Source of the DNA: Escherichia coli
GTDB lineage: Bacteria > Pseudomonadota > Gammaproteobacteria > Enterobacterales > Enterobacteriaceae
Length of the DNA stretch: 64,000 nt
Strand: one strand, 5' to 3'
NCBI RefSeq assembly: GCF_024298765.1
Contig: NZ_CP101210.1
The notes below the pieces were generated by a model. That model saw only the letters and a list, made by a program, of their open reading frames with translations. It was not told where the DNA came from and searched no databases. Numbering within the stretch: position 1 is the first letter of the stretch; every line of letters begins with the position of its first letter. Positions 1 through 8,800 of this stretch are shown piece after piece. Position numbers and translations under genes: made by a program.

Positions 1-92
1 GTGCAACATCGTGGTCCAACATACGTAAACCAGTATCGACAGGCAGTGTAAGGGTAAGGTGCTGGTGTTGCGCTCCTTAATAAGGAGAGCGG

Positions 93-182
93 ATGGACAC
101 GCTGACACAAAAGTTAACCGTGCTCATTGCTGTACTGGAGCTATTAGTGGCTCTGTTACGGTTGATTGATTTGTTGAAGTAA
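93..182 (+). CDS. 29-aa hydrophobic type I toxin-like peptide (ZorO/ZorP-like), copy 1
   Basis: ATG at 93 preceded by RBS AGGAGAG; translation MDTLTQKLTVLIAVLELLVALLRLIDLLK; single predicted TM helix; long leader; hairpin 206-225 downstream. Family assignment from memory of the EHEC zor-orz locus. Confidence 0.6.
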   Translation: MDTLTQKLTVLIAVLELLVALLRLIDLLK

Positions 183-205
183 CGGGCAAATTGAAACGCA
201 TCTAA

Positions 206-235
206 GGGGGAAAACCGCTTCCCCCTTTAATAAAA
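206..235 (+). terminator. Stem-loop (GGGGGAA/TTCCCCC) with short T-tract after peptide copy 1
   Basis: Perfect 7-bp inverted repeat 206-212/219-225, loop AACCGC, followed by TTTAATAAAA. Confidence 0.5.
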
Positions 236-379
236 TGATTACTGTTTTTATTAATTCATCATATAACTCATTTTTATTTATAAATTCATCGATTTTATAT
301 TCAACGCACCATTTGACCGGGATGTGAATATTTATGGTGGGCTATTGGCAAAAAATATCTGGAAAGTAGATCGCAGAAA

Positions 380-462
380 ATAAAAAAACCTGCTGGTGAG
401 GCAGGTTCTTTTATTTACTACTTTGATGTTAAGTTACTGATAGTGCAACATGGCATCTCAAC
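380..462 (-). ncRNA. Candidate antisense antitoxin sRNA (Orz-like), about 83 nt
   Basis: Minus-strand sigma70-like promoter (TTGCAA-17-TATAAT; -10 at plus coordinates 469-474), and an intrinsic terminator (hairpin 388-407 then T-run on the minus strand). The 5' part is complementary, with mismatches, to the motif GTGCAACATGGC...CTCAAC.AACG found in both peptide leaders (1-25, 607-631). Confidence 0.5.
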
Positions 463-468
463 GAACGA

Positions 469-519
469 ATTATAACCACCTCTGGACAGTGTTGCAATTA
501 AGATAATGAGATTTATAAT
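469..519. promoter_or_regulatory. Back-to-back sigma70-like promoters sharing one palindromic -35 (TTGCAA at 492-497)
   Basis: Plus strand: TTGCAA(492-497)-16 nt-TATAAT(514-519), predicted TSS near 527, giving a ~174-nt leader before the ATG at 701. Minus strand: same TTGCAA, 17-nt spacer, TATAAT (469-474 read on the minus strand). Confidence 0.5.
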
Positions 520-700
520 CCTGACTGTTGGGAAGTTGCGCCGGATCGAACCCATTTCAAGTCCTGGCTACCGGACGGGTGGTGCCGCAGGTAGTGCTCT
601 GATCCGGAGTGCAACATGGCGACTCAACAAACGTAAACCAGTATCGACAGGCAGTGTAAGGGTAAGGTGCTGGTGTTGCGCTCCTTAATAAGGAGAGCGG

Positions 701-790
701 ATGGACACGCTGACACAAAAGTTAACCGTGCTCATTGCCGTACTGGAGCTATTAGTGTCTCTGTTACGGTTGATTGATTTGTTGAAGTAA
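701..790 (+). CDS. 29-aa hydrophobic type I toxin-like peptide (ZorO/ZorP-like), copy 2
   Basis: Translation MDTLTQKLTVLIAVLELLVSLLRLIDLLK, one A>S change versus copy 1; same RBS and the same downstream hairpin at 814-833. The listed 60-aa ORF 506-688 is a frame artefact of the leader. Confidence 0.6.
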   Translation: MDTLTQKLTVLIAVLELLVSLLRLIDLLK

Positions 791-813
791 TGGGCAAATT
801 GAAACGCAACTAA

Positions 814-836
814 GGGGGAAAACCGCTTCCCCCTTT
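814..836 (+). terminator. Stem-loop after peptide copy 2
   Basis: Same GGGGGAA/TTCCCCC hairpin as at 206-225. Confidence 0.5.
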
Positions 837-842
837 AATAAA

Positions 843-1163
843 CTAATATTCTATTAGTTGGTTGAATATATTCTGTAGTTCACGATTAAAAATTGCTATT
901 ACAGTTTCAGGTGATTCACCTCGTAATTTCCGCTCATCAATACACTCATCTCTTATATAAATCAACGCATCATTTATTAGCGGGTCAGCATCTTCTCGAT
1001 CACGTTGATGAAATGTTGGACGTAGCCGGAATCGCTCCAGTCGATAGACGGAACCTGTAAATAATTCAGAGCATTTATGGATCTCAAGTCTGAAGGAAAA
1101 CGGATCTTCAGGTACAGGGACCTCATAATCGTAAATAGCAACCAGCTCTTTTTGCACGATCAT
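843..1163 (-). CDS. yehK: YehK, small uncharacterised protein
   Basis: 106-aa ORF; recalled as YehK from its position downstream of yehI and its length. Confidence 0.7.
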   Translation of the reverse strand: MIVQKELVAIYDYEVPVPEDPFSFRLEIHKCSELFTGSVYRLERFRLRPTFHQRDREDADPLINDALIYIRDECIDERKLRGESPETVIAIFNRELQNIFNQLIEY

Positions 1164-1223
1164 CGCTTTCCCCGCTGGTAAGTCGTGTTGATAACGGGCA
1201 GTTGCATCACTGCCCGCTGTGTT

Positions 1224-4200
1224 TTAATGGAAAATGACGTCAGGTGCGCTTAACGCCTCACTCAAATCAAACACATCAAGTTCGGCAAAAGTGACGGATT
1301 TATTGTCACTGTACACTCGAAGAGAACGGAAGCTCATTAGCGCTTTGCTATCAACATTGTAGTGGTTAAAACCGGGTGAAAACTTAAGGACCAGCCGGTA
1401 CTCACCCAGGTCATAGACAAATGCGTCCTCATAGCCTGACTCCCAGCCTTTGTATCGCATTCCCATAAGTTGCCCAACGGTAGCAGATTTACCTTCCCAG
1501 CGATTCAAACTATTACTGGCTGACTCGTCAGGCGTGAGCAGCACCGTGCGCCGTGTCAACTGGCGAAGTGGCGGTATAATTTCGTAATCGGCAAAAAGCT
1601 GGGCAAATTCACTGCGCATTTCTGCTGTCATTTCTAACGGGTGGGCAATGCCAATCAGAGCATCCGCAGGCAGGTCAATTGGCTCATCCTGCGCATTGCA
1701 GAACTCCCCCTCTGCGGCCACACGAAAGGCGTTGAGTAAACGACGCGGTTCATTTGCCGGATACACGCCCCATATGAATCGCTGGGTAACCAGGCGGGTA
1801 AAGGGATGATTAACAAACAGAGTATGAAAATCTGCCAGCGACCAGCGTCGGGTGGTACGTAGGGCAGCTTCAAGACGCGGGAGCAGGTTTTTGCTCACCT
1901 GAGTAGCATCTTTTTTTAGCCCTTTTAGTCGGGCCAGTGCCTCGGGCGCTTTCAGTTGATCGTCATCGGCGCGCAACCGGGGAACGCTTTTCTGGCGAAC
2001 GTTTTGCTGATCAAAGATAACCGGGTTGAGGTTTTCATCGAAGCGAACGGTAAACTGCCGGGGACCAAAATCAAAACTCAACGCCTGCGGATCATCAAGG
2101 CCCAGGGTTGGGACTAATCTGTCCGCTAGCTCTTCCTGGCTTAGCCCGCGATTTTCTGCGACCACCTGAAGAAATTCCGCCGCGTTATCACGTAAGGGGC
2201 GGGATTTAGCCCGTTGCGATATATGATGCAGCTGTATCAGCGCCATATCATTATTCATCAGGGTAAGGATGTTCAGGCCGCTGACAGCACGGGCAGATTT
2301 GCCTTCTTGTGGCCAGGCGAGGATCTGTGTCGTCAGATCCCGTGCCGTGCTTTCGTCACCAAAGAGACTTAACGCCAGAAATGCCCAGTTGTCTTTTGCG
2401 GGGGCACCAGCTTGTTGCCACGCAGTGAAGAGATCCCAGGCAAAAGCTGCCAGCGTTTGTGGCTGGCAGAACGTTTTCAGTTGTTCCAGCCCGCTATAAA
2501 AACGTCCCCCCTGGGTAAAGCGCAGCATTTCGCCGATAATTTCCAGAGCGTCACCGGTAACAGGCTGATTATTAGTGATAAGTCGAGGCCTGGACCACAT
2601 TGCCGGATGCCAGAAATCAGGGGCTTTTGGAATGCGTGCCGGGTAAATGTCCATTGGACCCTGTTTAAGCAACTGCTCCAGGGCAGACCATACATCTGTA
2701 CGCTGCCAGCGGTTTGCCACGGTTTGTAGCAATTCGCCATGTCCCTGTTCGTACAGTAAACGCAGGGCAAGTAATGCGGCTTCGCTATTATCGCTGGGTT
2801 TGGTAAAGACAAGAGGGATAAGTGCACTAGCCGTATGTTCCGGCCATTGTAAAATCCACTGGCGAGCCAGATCACGCTGCGCCGCGAAACGTCGCCAGAC
2901 GCGGGCAACAGGCAGCGCCAGTTCTGTTGCGCCAAAATTTAAAATTAACGGAAATGTTTCTTTTGGACGATGTGAAAAAGCCAACAGCAGACCTGGTAGC
3001 GCATCCAATCCGAGGATACTGAGAAAATAGTCCTCACCCGCGAACAGATGCTTTTTCTCAATGATACGCAGCCAGAAGGTCAAAGCCATCTCACGCGGCA
3101 ACTGTGCCAATAAATACAGGTTCCAGACACTCTTTTCCGGACGATAACGTGAGAAGTTGTCATTTTCCCATATGTTAATTAACGCTTCTATGTGACCGCT
3201 GCGGAGCGCCTGTTCTGCTAATTGTGCTTGCGGGGAGTTCCAGCCATTCAGGATCTCTTCAACCCGCCCCTGGTAGTAATGCCACTGAACAATGAGTGAA
3301 TTGCGTGCAGCATCCAGTTTTCCGGGGAGTATATAATTCAGAAACAGCCATACATCATCCCCAAAACCCAGTTCCTGTAATACAACTCGTCCACTTTTTT
3401 GTTCCATGCGTTCCGCAAGAGATTCCGTGCTGAAATAACGGGCAGACTCAGTGGCGGCAAGCCTCTCTTGTTCGCCTGGTTGCCAGTAAATTTGCGGAGT
3501 TAATTCGAGCGGTGCCAAATCAAGACGTGGAGCTGTCATTTTTTTCTTACTACGCCACGGTGGTGAAACGAGCATTTCAGGCAGACTGCTGTTATCGGTG
3601 CTATCAATAACCGGTTTTGGCGGTGCCGATAAATAACTATTCAGCACTGCCCTGGCTTGAGTACTTAACCACGGCATCACCCTTTCTGCTAGTTGTGGCT
3701 GCGATGCTATCAGCGTTTGTAACAGCGTACGCCAGTATTCATCGCGTGCTTTTTGCTGTGCAGGCAGCTTTTTGTCTTCGATGATTGGATAACCTGGGCG
3801 GGCTGGTGGTTCTTTTAACGCCAGCAGTTCTGCCAGTGCGGCGAGTGTCGCATGGGGGAAGTTTTTACTGTATTTAGCCACACGTTGCAGGCTGGGTTTG
3901 TTTTTATCAGCAACTAACAGCAAGGTGCGGATGACTTGCGGATGGTTAATTTGTACCAGCAGACTGCCGCAATCTTCTTTATGGGCATATATCGCGAGGC
4001 GCGGAACGGCTGCCAGTCCTTGTTCGCGCAAAAGGGCGGCGCAGGCCGCGTAGCCGAAGTGGTTTTCATGCGACATGTAGCTGGCTTCTCGATCGCTAAA
4101 TACGTCCAGGCCCCAGCATCGTTCGAGTTTTTTTACCGCCGTATTATCAGTAGCAATGACCTTTAACCACTCCTTTGAATGGAGACTTGACCGGGAGCTT

Positions 4201-4856
4201 TCAAGACTGGCGAGTTCATTGGCTATTTCAGGTTTTTCCGGGAGGAGTAGTGCAATAAAAGGACGGCGAATTTTGGGTATTCCTGGCAGTGCGGCAATGA
4301 GTTTGTCGGCGCAACGCTGCCAGCTGCTTTCCTCTGCCAGAGAGAGATGCTTACGCAGTCGGAGATCGAATTCGTTATAGGTTTCTGAGCGATAACCATA
4401 GCCATAATCCTCGTCCTGATACTGCAATGTCACTAGCAGAGGATCACTCTCATAACATCGTGTAATAAACTGGCGTGCAATCACCACCTCAGTCGCATAT
4501 TCCAGCCCCTCTTGTTGGACGATTTCGTCGAGCAACTGTTGGCTGTCCTTTTGCGCGATACAGGCTAGCACCGCCATTGTGCGGGCCGGGACTGAGGGTT
4601 TGTGTTCGCCGATCAAGTTGATGGCCTGCGTAATGGCGGACTGCCACTCCAGTGAAAAATTTTCATAACGCCAGACAATGTTTTTTTTCTTCTCAGCTTT
4701 TTGTAGCAATTCATCACCCAGTGTCTGAATGATGCTTTCAGTGATAACAGGCACCGGTTCGCCCGGCCAATTGCGATGGCTGAGTGGTGTTTTGCCTTTT
4801 TTATATTTCAGTTCCAGTTGAGCGTTATCCGCCAGCCACGGTAATTCCTTGTCCAT
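1224..4856 (-). CDS. yehI: YehI, large DUF4132-family protein (1210 aa), paralog of MolR without the N-terminal WGR region
   Basis: 1210-aa ORF; long blocks near-identical to the upstream ORF (e.g. FDLRLRKHLSLAEES...LIALLLPEKPEIA); 9-bp gap to molR suggests an operon. Confidence 0.85.
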   Translation of the reverse strand: MDKELPWLADNAQLELKYKKGKTPLSHRNWPGEPVPVITESIIQTLGDELLQKAEKKKNIVWRYENFSLEWQSAITQAINLIGEHKPSVPARTMAVLACIAQKDSQQLLDEIVQQEGLEYATEVVIARQFITRCYESDPLLVTLQYQDEDYGYGYRSETYNEFDLRLRKHLSLAEESSWQRCADKLIAALPGIPKIRRPFIALLLPEKPEIANELASLESSRSSLHSKEWLKVIATDNTAVKKLERCWGLDVFSDREASYMSHENHFGYAACAALLREQGLAAVPRLAIYAHKEDCGSLLVQINHPQVIRTLLLVADKNKPSLQRVAKYSKNFPHATLAALAELLALKEPPARPGYPIIEDKKLPAQQKARDEYWRTLLQTLIASQPQLAERVMPWLSTQARAVLNSYLSAPPKPVIDSTDNSSLPEMLVSPPWRSKKKMTAPRLDLAPLELTPQIYWQPGEQERLAATESARYFSTESLAERMEQKSGRVVLQELGFGDDVWLFLNYILPGKLDAARNSLIVQWHYYQGRVEEILNGWNSPQAQLAEQALRSGHIEALINIWENDNFSRYRPEKSVWNLYLLAQLPREMALTFWLRIIEKKHLFAGEDYFLSILGLDALPGLLLAFSHRPKETFPLILNFGATELALPVARVWRRFAAQRDLARQWILQWPEHTASALIPLVFTKPSDNSEAALLALRLLYEQGHGELLQTVANRWQRTDVWSALEQLLKQGPMDIYPARIPKAPDFWHPAMWSRPRLITNNQPVTGDALEIIGEMLRFTQGGRFYSGLEQLKTFCQPQTLAAFAWDLFTAWQQAGAPAKDNWAFLALSLFGDESTARDLTTQILAWPQEGKSARAVSGLNILTLMNNDMALIQLHHISQRAKSRPLRDNAAEFLQVVAENRGLSQEELADRLVPTLGLDDPQALSFDFGPRQFTVRFDENLNPVIFDQQNVRQKSVPRLRADDDQLKAPEALARLKGLKKDATQVSKNLLPRLEAALRTTRRWSLADFHTLFVNHPFTRLVTQRFIWGVYPANEPRRLLNAFRVAAEGEFCNAQDEPIDLPADALIGIAHPLEMTAEMRSEFAQLFADYEIIPPLRQLTRRTVLLTPDESASNSLNRWEGKSATVGQLMGMRYKGWESGYEDAFVYDLGEYRLVLKFSPGFNHYNVDSKALMSFRSLRVYSDNKSVTFAELDVFDLSEALSAPDVIFH

Positions 4857-4865
4857 GCTCTTTCC

Positions 4866-7800
4866 TTATTCAAACAGGGCTTCAATATCGTTAATTAGCT
4901 CGCTGGCGGTGATGGCATCGAGTACGGAGAACTGCGCTTCCTGTGTTGAATTACTCCCCCAGCCATAGCTTTCTGCTTTGCCTTCCCATAGCCACAGCTT
5001 GCTTAAGAGCTGCTCGGCACTCAGTTCGGCTGGCGACATGCCTACCGCAAAACCTTCGTCGATTTCCATGATTAACGACCAGCGACCGAGAGGTTTGATC
5101 ATCCAGCCGATCCAGCCTCCATCCTGCGGGGTGCCCTTTATCCAGCCTTTATTCGCCAGCCCCATGACCCGACCGCTCGGGCATTTTCTGCCTGCCCAGC
5201 GGGTCAGTTCGCTGGCGTTGCGCTCGGCTTCTGTCAGGGCGTAACTGTTACGGTCAAGCTGACGGAACGGTGGTAGCAGTTCGTAGTCGGCAAAAAGCTG
5301 ACCAAAGGCGGCAGCATCCGTCGGTGATATTTCCAGAACGTGAGGAATGCCAACAGAGATATCGCCTTCCGGCAGGGTGAAAAGATCATCGTCAGCGGTG
5401 CTGTAGCTGTTATCTTCCGCCACGCGGAAGCACGTCAGTAGCTGGTTTTCGGTGCTATAAACGCCCCAAATCAGACGGCGGGTTAAGTGGCGTACCAGTG
5501 GATGTTCAACCAGGAAGAGCTGAAAGTTTTCTGGCGACCAGCGGCGACGCAGGCACATGGCGGATTCCAGCCTTGCTACCTGCTGGGCGGCGACGGTACG
5601 CGCATCTTTTTTCAGCAGTTTGTAGCGGTTAACAGCATCGTTCGCCTGTGATTCATCATCGCTTTTGTTTGGTTTGGGCAGGTCTTTCAGACGGCTGCCG
5701 GAAGCGTCACGCACAAACGGTTTTAAGGTTTCATCAAAGCTGACGGTGAACTGGCGTGGGCCGAAATCCAGCAGCAACGAACCGTTATCATCCAGACCGA
5801 GATCTGGTGCTAACCGATCTTCAAGCTCCGCCACTGTCAGTTCGCGACTTTCGGCAATGTCGGCAATTTTCTCTTTCGCCCGCTCCTGTAATGCTTTGAA
5901 TTTCAGTTTCTGGGCAATGCCGTTAAGCTGCATCAGGGCTATATCACTACCGATAGCGGCGAGAATATCCAACCCAACGGTGGCGCGTTTATGCTGAGAT
6001 TCGCCAGGCCAGGCGCGGATTAATGGCGTCAGTTTGCGGGCGGTGTCATCGTTACCGAGAACGCCTAACGCAGTGAACGCCCAACTCTCTCTCGACGGCG
6101 CGCCAGCGGTCTGCCAGGCGGTAAACAGATCCCAGGCAAATTCAGCCAGTGAGTCGGCGGTACAGGCATCTTTCACCTGCAATAATCCCGGATACAGAGC
6201 CTCTTCCTGAGGGAAGCGGAGCATTTCGCCGAGGTGGAGGAGGGCGCTATCTGGCAGTGATTGGGCGTTTGCTTTTAATACCGGGCGCGTCCAGAGCGAT
6301 GGCTGATAAAAGGCCGGAAGAGTGGGGATTTTTGTCGGGTGATTATCTAAGGGATCGAGCGCAAGCAGAGCGTTCACCGCGTCGGTTACTTCCGGCTGGT
6401 TATAACGCCGGGCGATTTCTTGCAGTAATGGCTGATGACCGTTTTCGCTAAGCATACGCAAGGCAGCGCGGGCGTTATCCTGAGCTTCATCGGCTTTGCC
6501 GAGCGCAGCAGGCAGCAGGCCGGTAATGGCGTGTTCCGGGTATTTCAGCAGCCAGCTACGGGCGTCTTGTCGTAGAGTTTTGAGTTTGTTGAAGGCGCGG
6601 GCGACGGCAGGTGCCAGCTCACTCGCTGCGAAGTAATTCGTGATGGGCAAGGCTTCCTGTGGATAGCGTGCAAGTGAGTTTACTAACCCAGGTAACCCTT
6701 TGAGTCCAAAATGTAACATGGCGTATTCGGTATCGGTATGTGGAGATAGGGTAAGGGCATTCCATGCTTTTACTGCTTTCTCCAGCGGCAATGTTGTCAA
6801 AATCCCCAACTGCCAATAATGCCCGGTAGGTGAATGAAACACCTTAAATTCACTTAGTAAGGTTGAATAATCTTCATTTAGCCATGCCTCAACTACCGCT
6901 TCGGGAGCTTTAATATATGTACCAGCGATCCGTCGTTGAAAACCCATTCTTGCCAACAGGTTGGCAGTACTTTCTTCATGGCTAACCGTGATGTGTTTTG
7001 AATACCAGATATATTTCGCCAAAAGTTGATTACTGATTTCTTCTGTCAGATAACAGATTGGCTCAATGCCTAATGGCGCTAACTCCAGCACCGGAATCGT
7101 CGCTTTTTTCTTTTTCGAAAGCCATGGTGGGGAGACTACTATGGCAGGCAGTAGATCGGCGCAGGCATGGTTTGAGGGCTGTGTCAGTTGTTGCTGGCAT
7201 GATTTCAGTACGGCAACTGCGGGTGTCGAGAGCCAGGGAATGACCTGTTCTGCCAGTGCTGGTTGTGAGATAAGCATTGTCATTAGCATAATGCGCCAAC
7301 TGTTCTCTTCTTTTTGCCCAAGAAGTTCCGTCAGTGCCGCCATTGCTGCATGTGGGAACGCAGCAATGGCTTTCGTCATCCGATCGTGACAGCGTTTAGT
7401 TTGCCCGGCTACACGTATAAGCAGTGTCAATGCGAACGGATGATTGATATGACGCAACACATCGGCGCAGTAGTCACTTGCGGCATAGGGAGCAAATCGG
7501 GGCAGGGCTGCAACACCTTGCTCCTGTAATACGGTGGCTGACCATATCGCACCACAATAGTAATCATCAAAAATGGCATATGGCTCGTGATATTTTTCTA
7601 ATGAGGCAAGAATGTGCTCATCAGTCGCCACTATTTTTAACCACTCAAGCGAGGGTAATTTTTTTTGCCCCAGTAGACGCTGGGCAATTTCATGTGCAAT
7701 TTCTGGTTTTTCGGGTAATAACAAAGCAATTAATGGTTGCCGCCATTCTGGAATATGTGGAATTGCGGCAATAAGTTTTTGTGTACATTTTTGCCAGAGA

Positions 7801-8660
7801 GACTCTTCCGCCAGTGATAAATGTTTACGTAGGCGTAATTCAAATCTGGAATATTGCTCCAAGTAGTCAGGTGCAATGCCAGACGGCAGAATAATAATGA
7901 CATTATTCGCATAATCCCATTTAATATCAATCTGTTGAAGGTGTATTATTACATCAGTAGCATATTCCAGACCGCCCTCCTGGACGATCTGATCCATAAC
8001 ATCCTCACGCACTTTATATCTTGTGCATTTCATTTCAAGTGCCGTGAGTACAGCCATTACTGGTGATGGTAGCTGTGTTGTTTTCAGGCCGTCGATCTGA
8101 CTGATCGCCTGGGCGACGGTGTTTTGCCATTCTAAAGAACAGGCGCTGAAGTCAAATGTGGCTGTTTTATTATCCCGTTGCGACACACTACAGGCTAAGC
8201 GACGTAATTGGGTCAATTTGTCTGCTTGCTGAACAGGAACTCCGGGAAAGCGGCGATGACTTAACGTGGTGTGTACAACTTCGGGCGGAAAAACGACAGC
8301 AATATCTTTTGCCAGCCACGGTAAAACAGCATCTGTATTTTTGTCAGGCGCACGGGTTTCTGCTACGAAAGAGGGGTGTTCCTGAATAATGGTGAATAAG
8401 TCCGCTACCTTGAGAGAGCCCGTTACCGTTTGGGAAGGTTGCAAAGAATTATCCTTCGCTTGCTCCACATACCCCTTCTTCACCTTCTCCGCAATCAGCT
8501 TAAGCTCCGCTTTTGCCACTGCCGCAGCATCTGAAAAACTTTTTATCTGGCTTTGCCCTTTGGTGCCAACTTTTCCCCAACTGATATGCAACTCGTTTCC
8601 CTGTTGCTCAACTGCCCAGAATTTATGTGATTTTTCGTCCTGATAGATAAAGTGTCTCAT
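4866..8660 (-). CDS. molR: MolR (YehH), intact 1264-aa protein with N-terminal WGR-like domain
   Basis: N-terminus MRHFIYQDEKSHKFWAVEQQGNELHISWGKVGTKGQ fits the WGR-domain pattern; remainder paralogous to YehI. Reading frame uninterrupted here. Confidence 0.85.
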   Translation of the reverse strand: MRHFIYQDEKSHKFWAVEQQGNELHISWGKVGTKGQSQIKSFSDAAAVAKAELKLIAEKVKKGYVEQAKDNSLQPSQTVTGSLKVADLFTIIQEHPSFVAETRAPDKNTDAVLPWLAKDIAVVFPPEVVHTTLSHRRFPGVPVQQADKLTQLRRLACSVSQRDNKTATFDFSACSLEWQNTVAQAISQIDGLKTTQLPSPVMAVLTALEMKCTRYKVREDVMDQIVQEGGLEYATDVIIHLQQIDIKWDYANNVIIILPSGIAPDYLEQYSRFELRLRKHLSLAEESLWQKCTQKLIAAIPHIPEWRQPLIALLLPEKPEIAHEIAQRLLGQKKLPSLEWLKIVATDEHILASLEKYHEPYAIFDDYYCGAIWSATVLQEQGVAALPRFAPYAASDYCADVLRHINHPFALTLLIRVAGQTKRCHDRMTKAIAAFPHAAMAALTELLGQKEENSWRIMLMTMLISQPALAEQVIPWLSTPAVAVLKSCQQQLTQPSNHACADLLPAIVVSPPWLSKKKKATIPVLELAPLGIEPICYLTEEISNQLLAKYIWYSKHITVSHEESTANLLARMGFQRRIAGTYIKAPEAVVEAWLNEDYSTLLSEFKVFHSPTGHYWQLGILTTLPLEKAVKAWNALTLSPHTDTEYAMLHFGLKGLPGLVNSLARYPQEALPITNYFAASELAPAVARAFNKLKTLRQDARSWLLKYPEHAITGLLPAALGKADEAQDNARAALRMLSENGHQPLLQEIARRYNQPEVTDAVNALLALDPLDNHPTKIPTLPAFYQPSLWTRPVLKANAQSLPDSALLHLGEMLRFPQEEALYPGLLQVKDACTADSLAEFAWDLFTAWQTAGAPSRESWAFTALGVLGNDDTARKLTPLIRAWPGESQHKRATVGLDILAAIGSDIALMQLNGIAQKLKFKALQERAKEKIADIAESRELTVAELEDRLAPDLGLDDNGSLLLDFGPRQFTVSFDETLKPFVRDASGSRLKDLPKPNKSDDESQANDAVNRYKLLKKDARTVAAQQVARLESAMCLRRRWSPENFQLFLVEHPLVRHLTRRLIWGVYSTENQLLTCFRVAEDNSYSTADDDLFTLPEGDISVGIPHVLEISPTDAAAFGQLFADYELLPPFRQLDRNSYALTEAERNASELTRWAGRKCPSGRVMGLANKGWIKGTPQDGGWIGWMIKPLGRWSLIMEIDEGFAVGMSPAELSAEQLLSKLWLWEGKAESYGWGSNSTQEAQFSVLDAITASELINDIEALFE

Positions 8661-8761
8661 TCTGCATCCCTGTGATTTTATCCAGTTGAATGCAGATGCT
8701 ACCAGTATTTATGCGGGTTAGAGAGAGACAAAATCGCAAGAAAACAACTTTAGGAATTTAT

Positions 8762-8792
8762 AAAGAAAAGGCGCTGTCGATGCAGCGCCTTA
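8762..8792 (-). terminator. Intrinsic terminator downstream of metG
   Basis: Hairpin AAGGCGCTG...CAGCGCCTT at 8766-8791 followed on the minus strand by a T-rich run. Confidence 0.6.
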
Positions 8793-8800
8793 AAGGGGGA

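Noticed and set aside
521-600. tRNA-like T-arm motif (GGTTCGATCC on the minus strand)
   Set aside because: No acceptor stem, D-arm or anticodon arm can be folded around it, and it falls inside the predicted peptide mRNA leader.
506-688. 60-aa ORF spanning the leader of the second toxin-like peptide
   Set aside because: It lies in a different frame across the predicted 5' leader, has no RBS and is arginine/cysteine-rich low-complexity; the real gene is the 29-aa ORF at 701-790.
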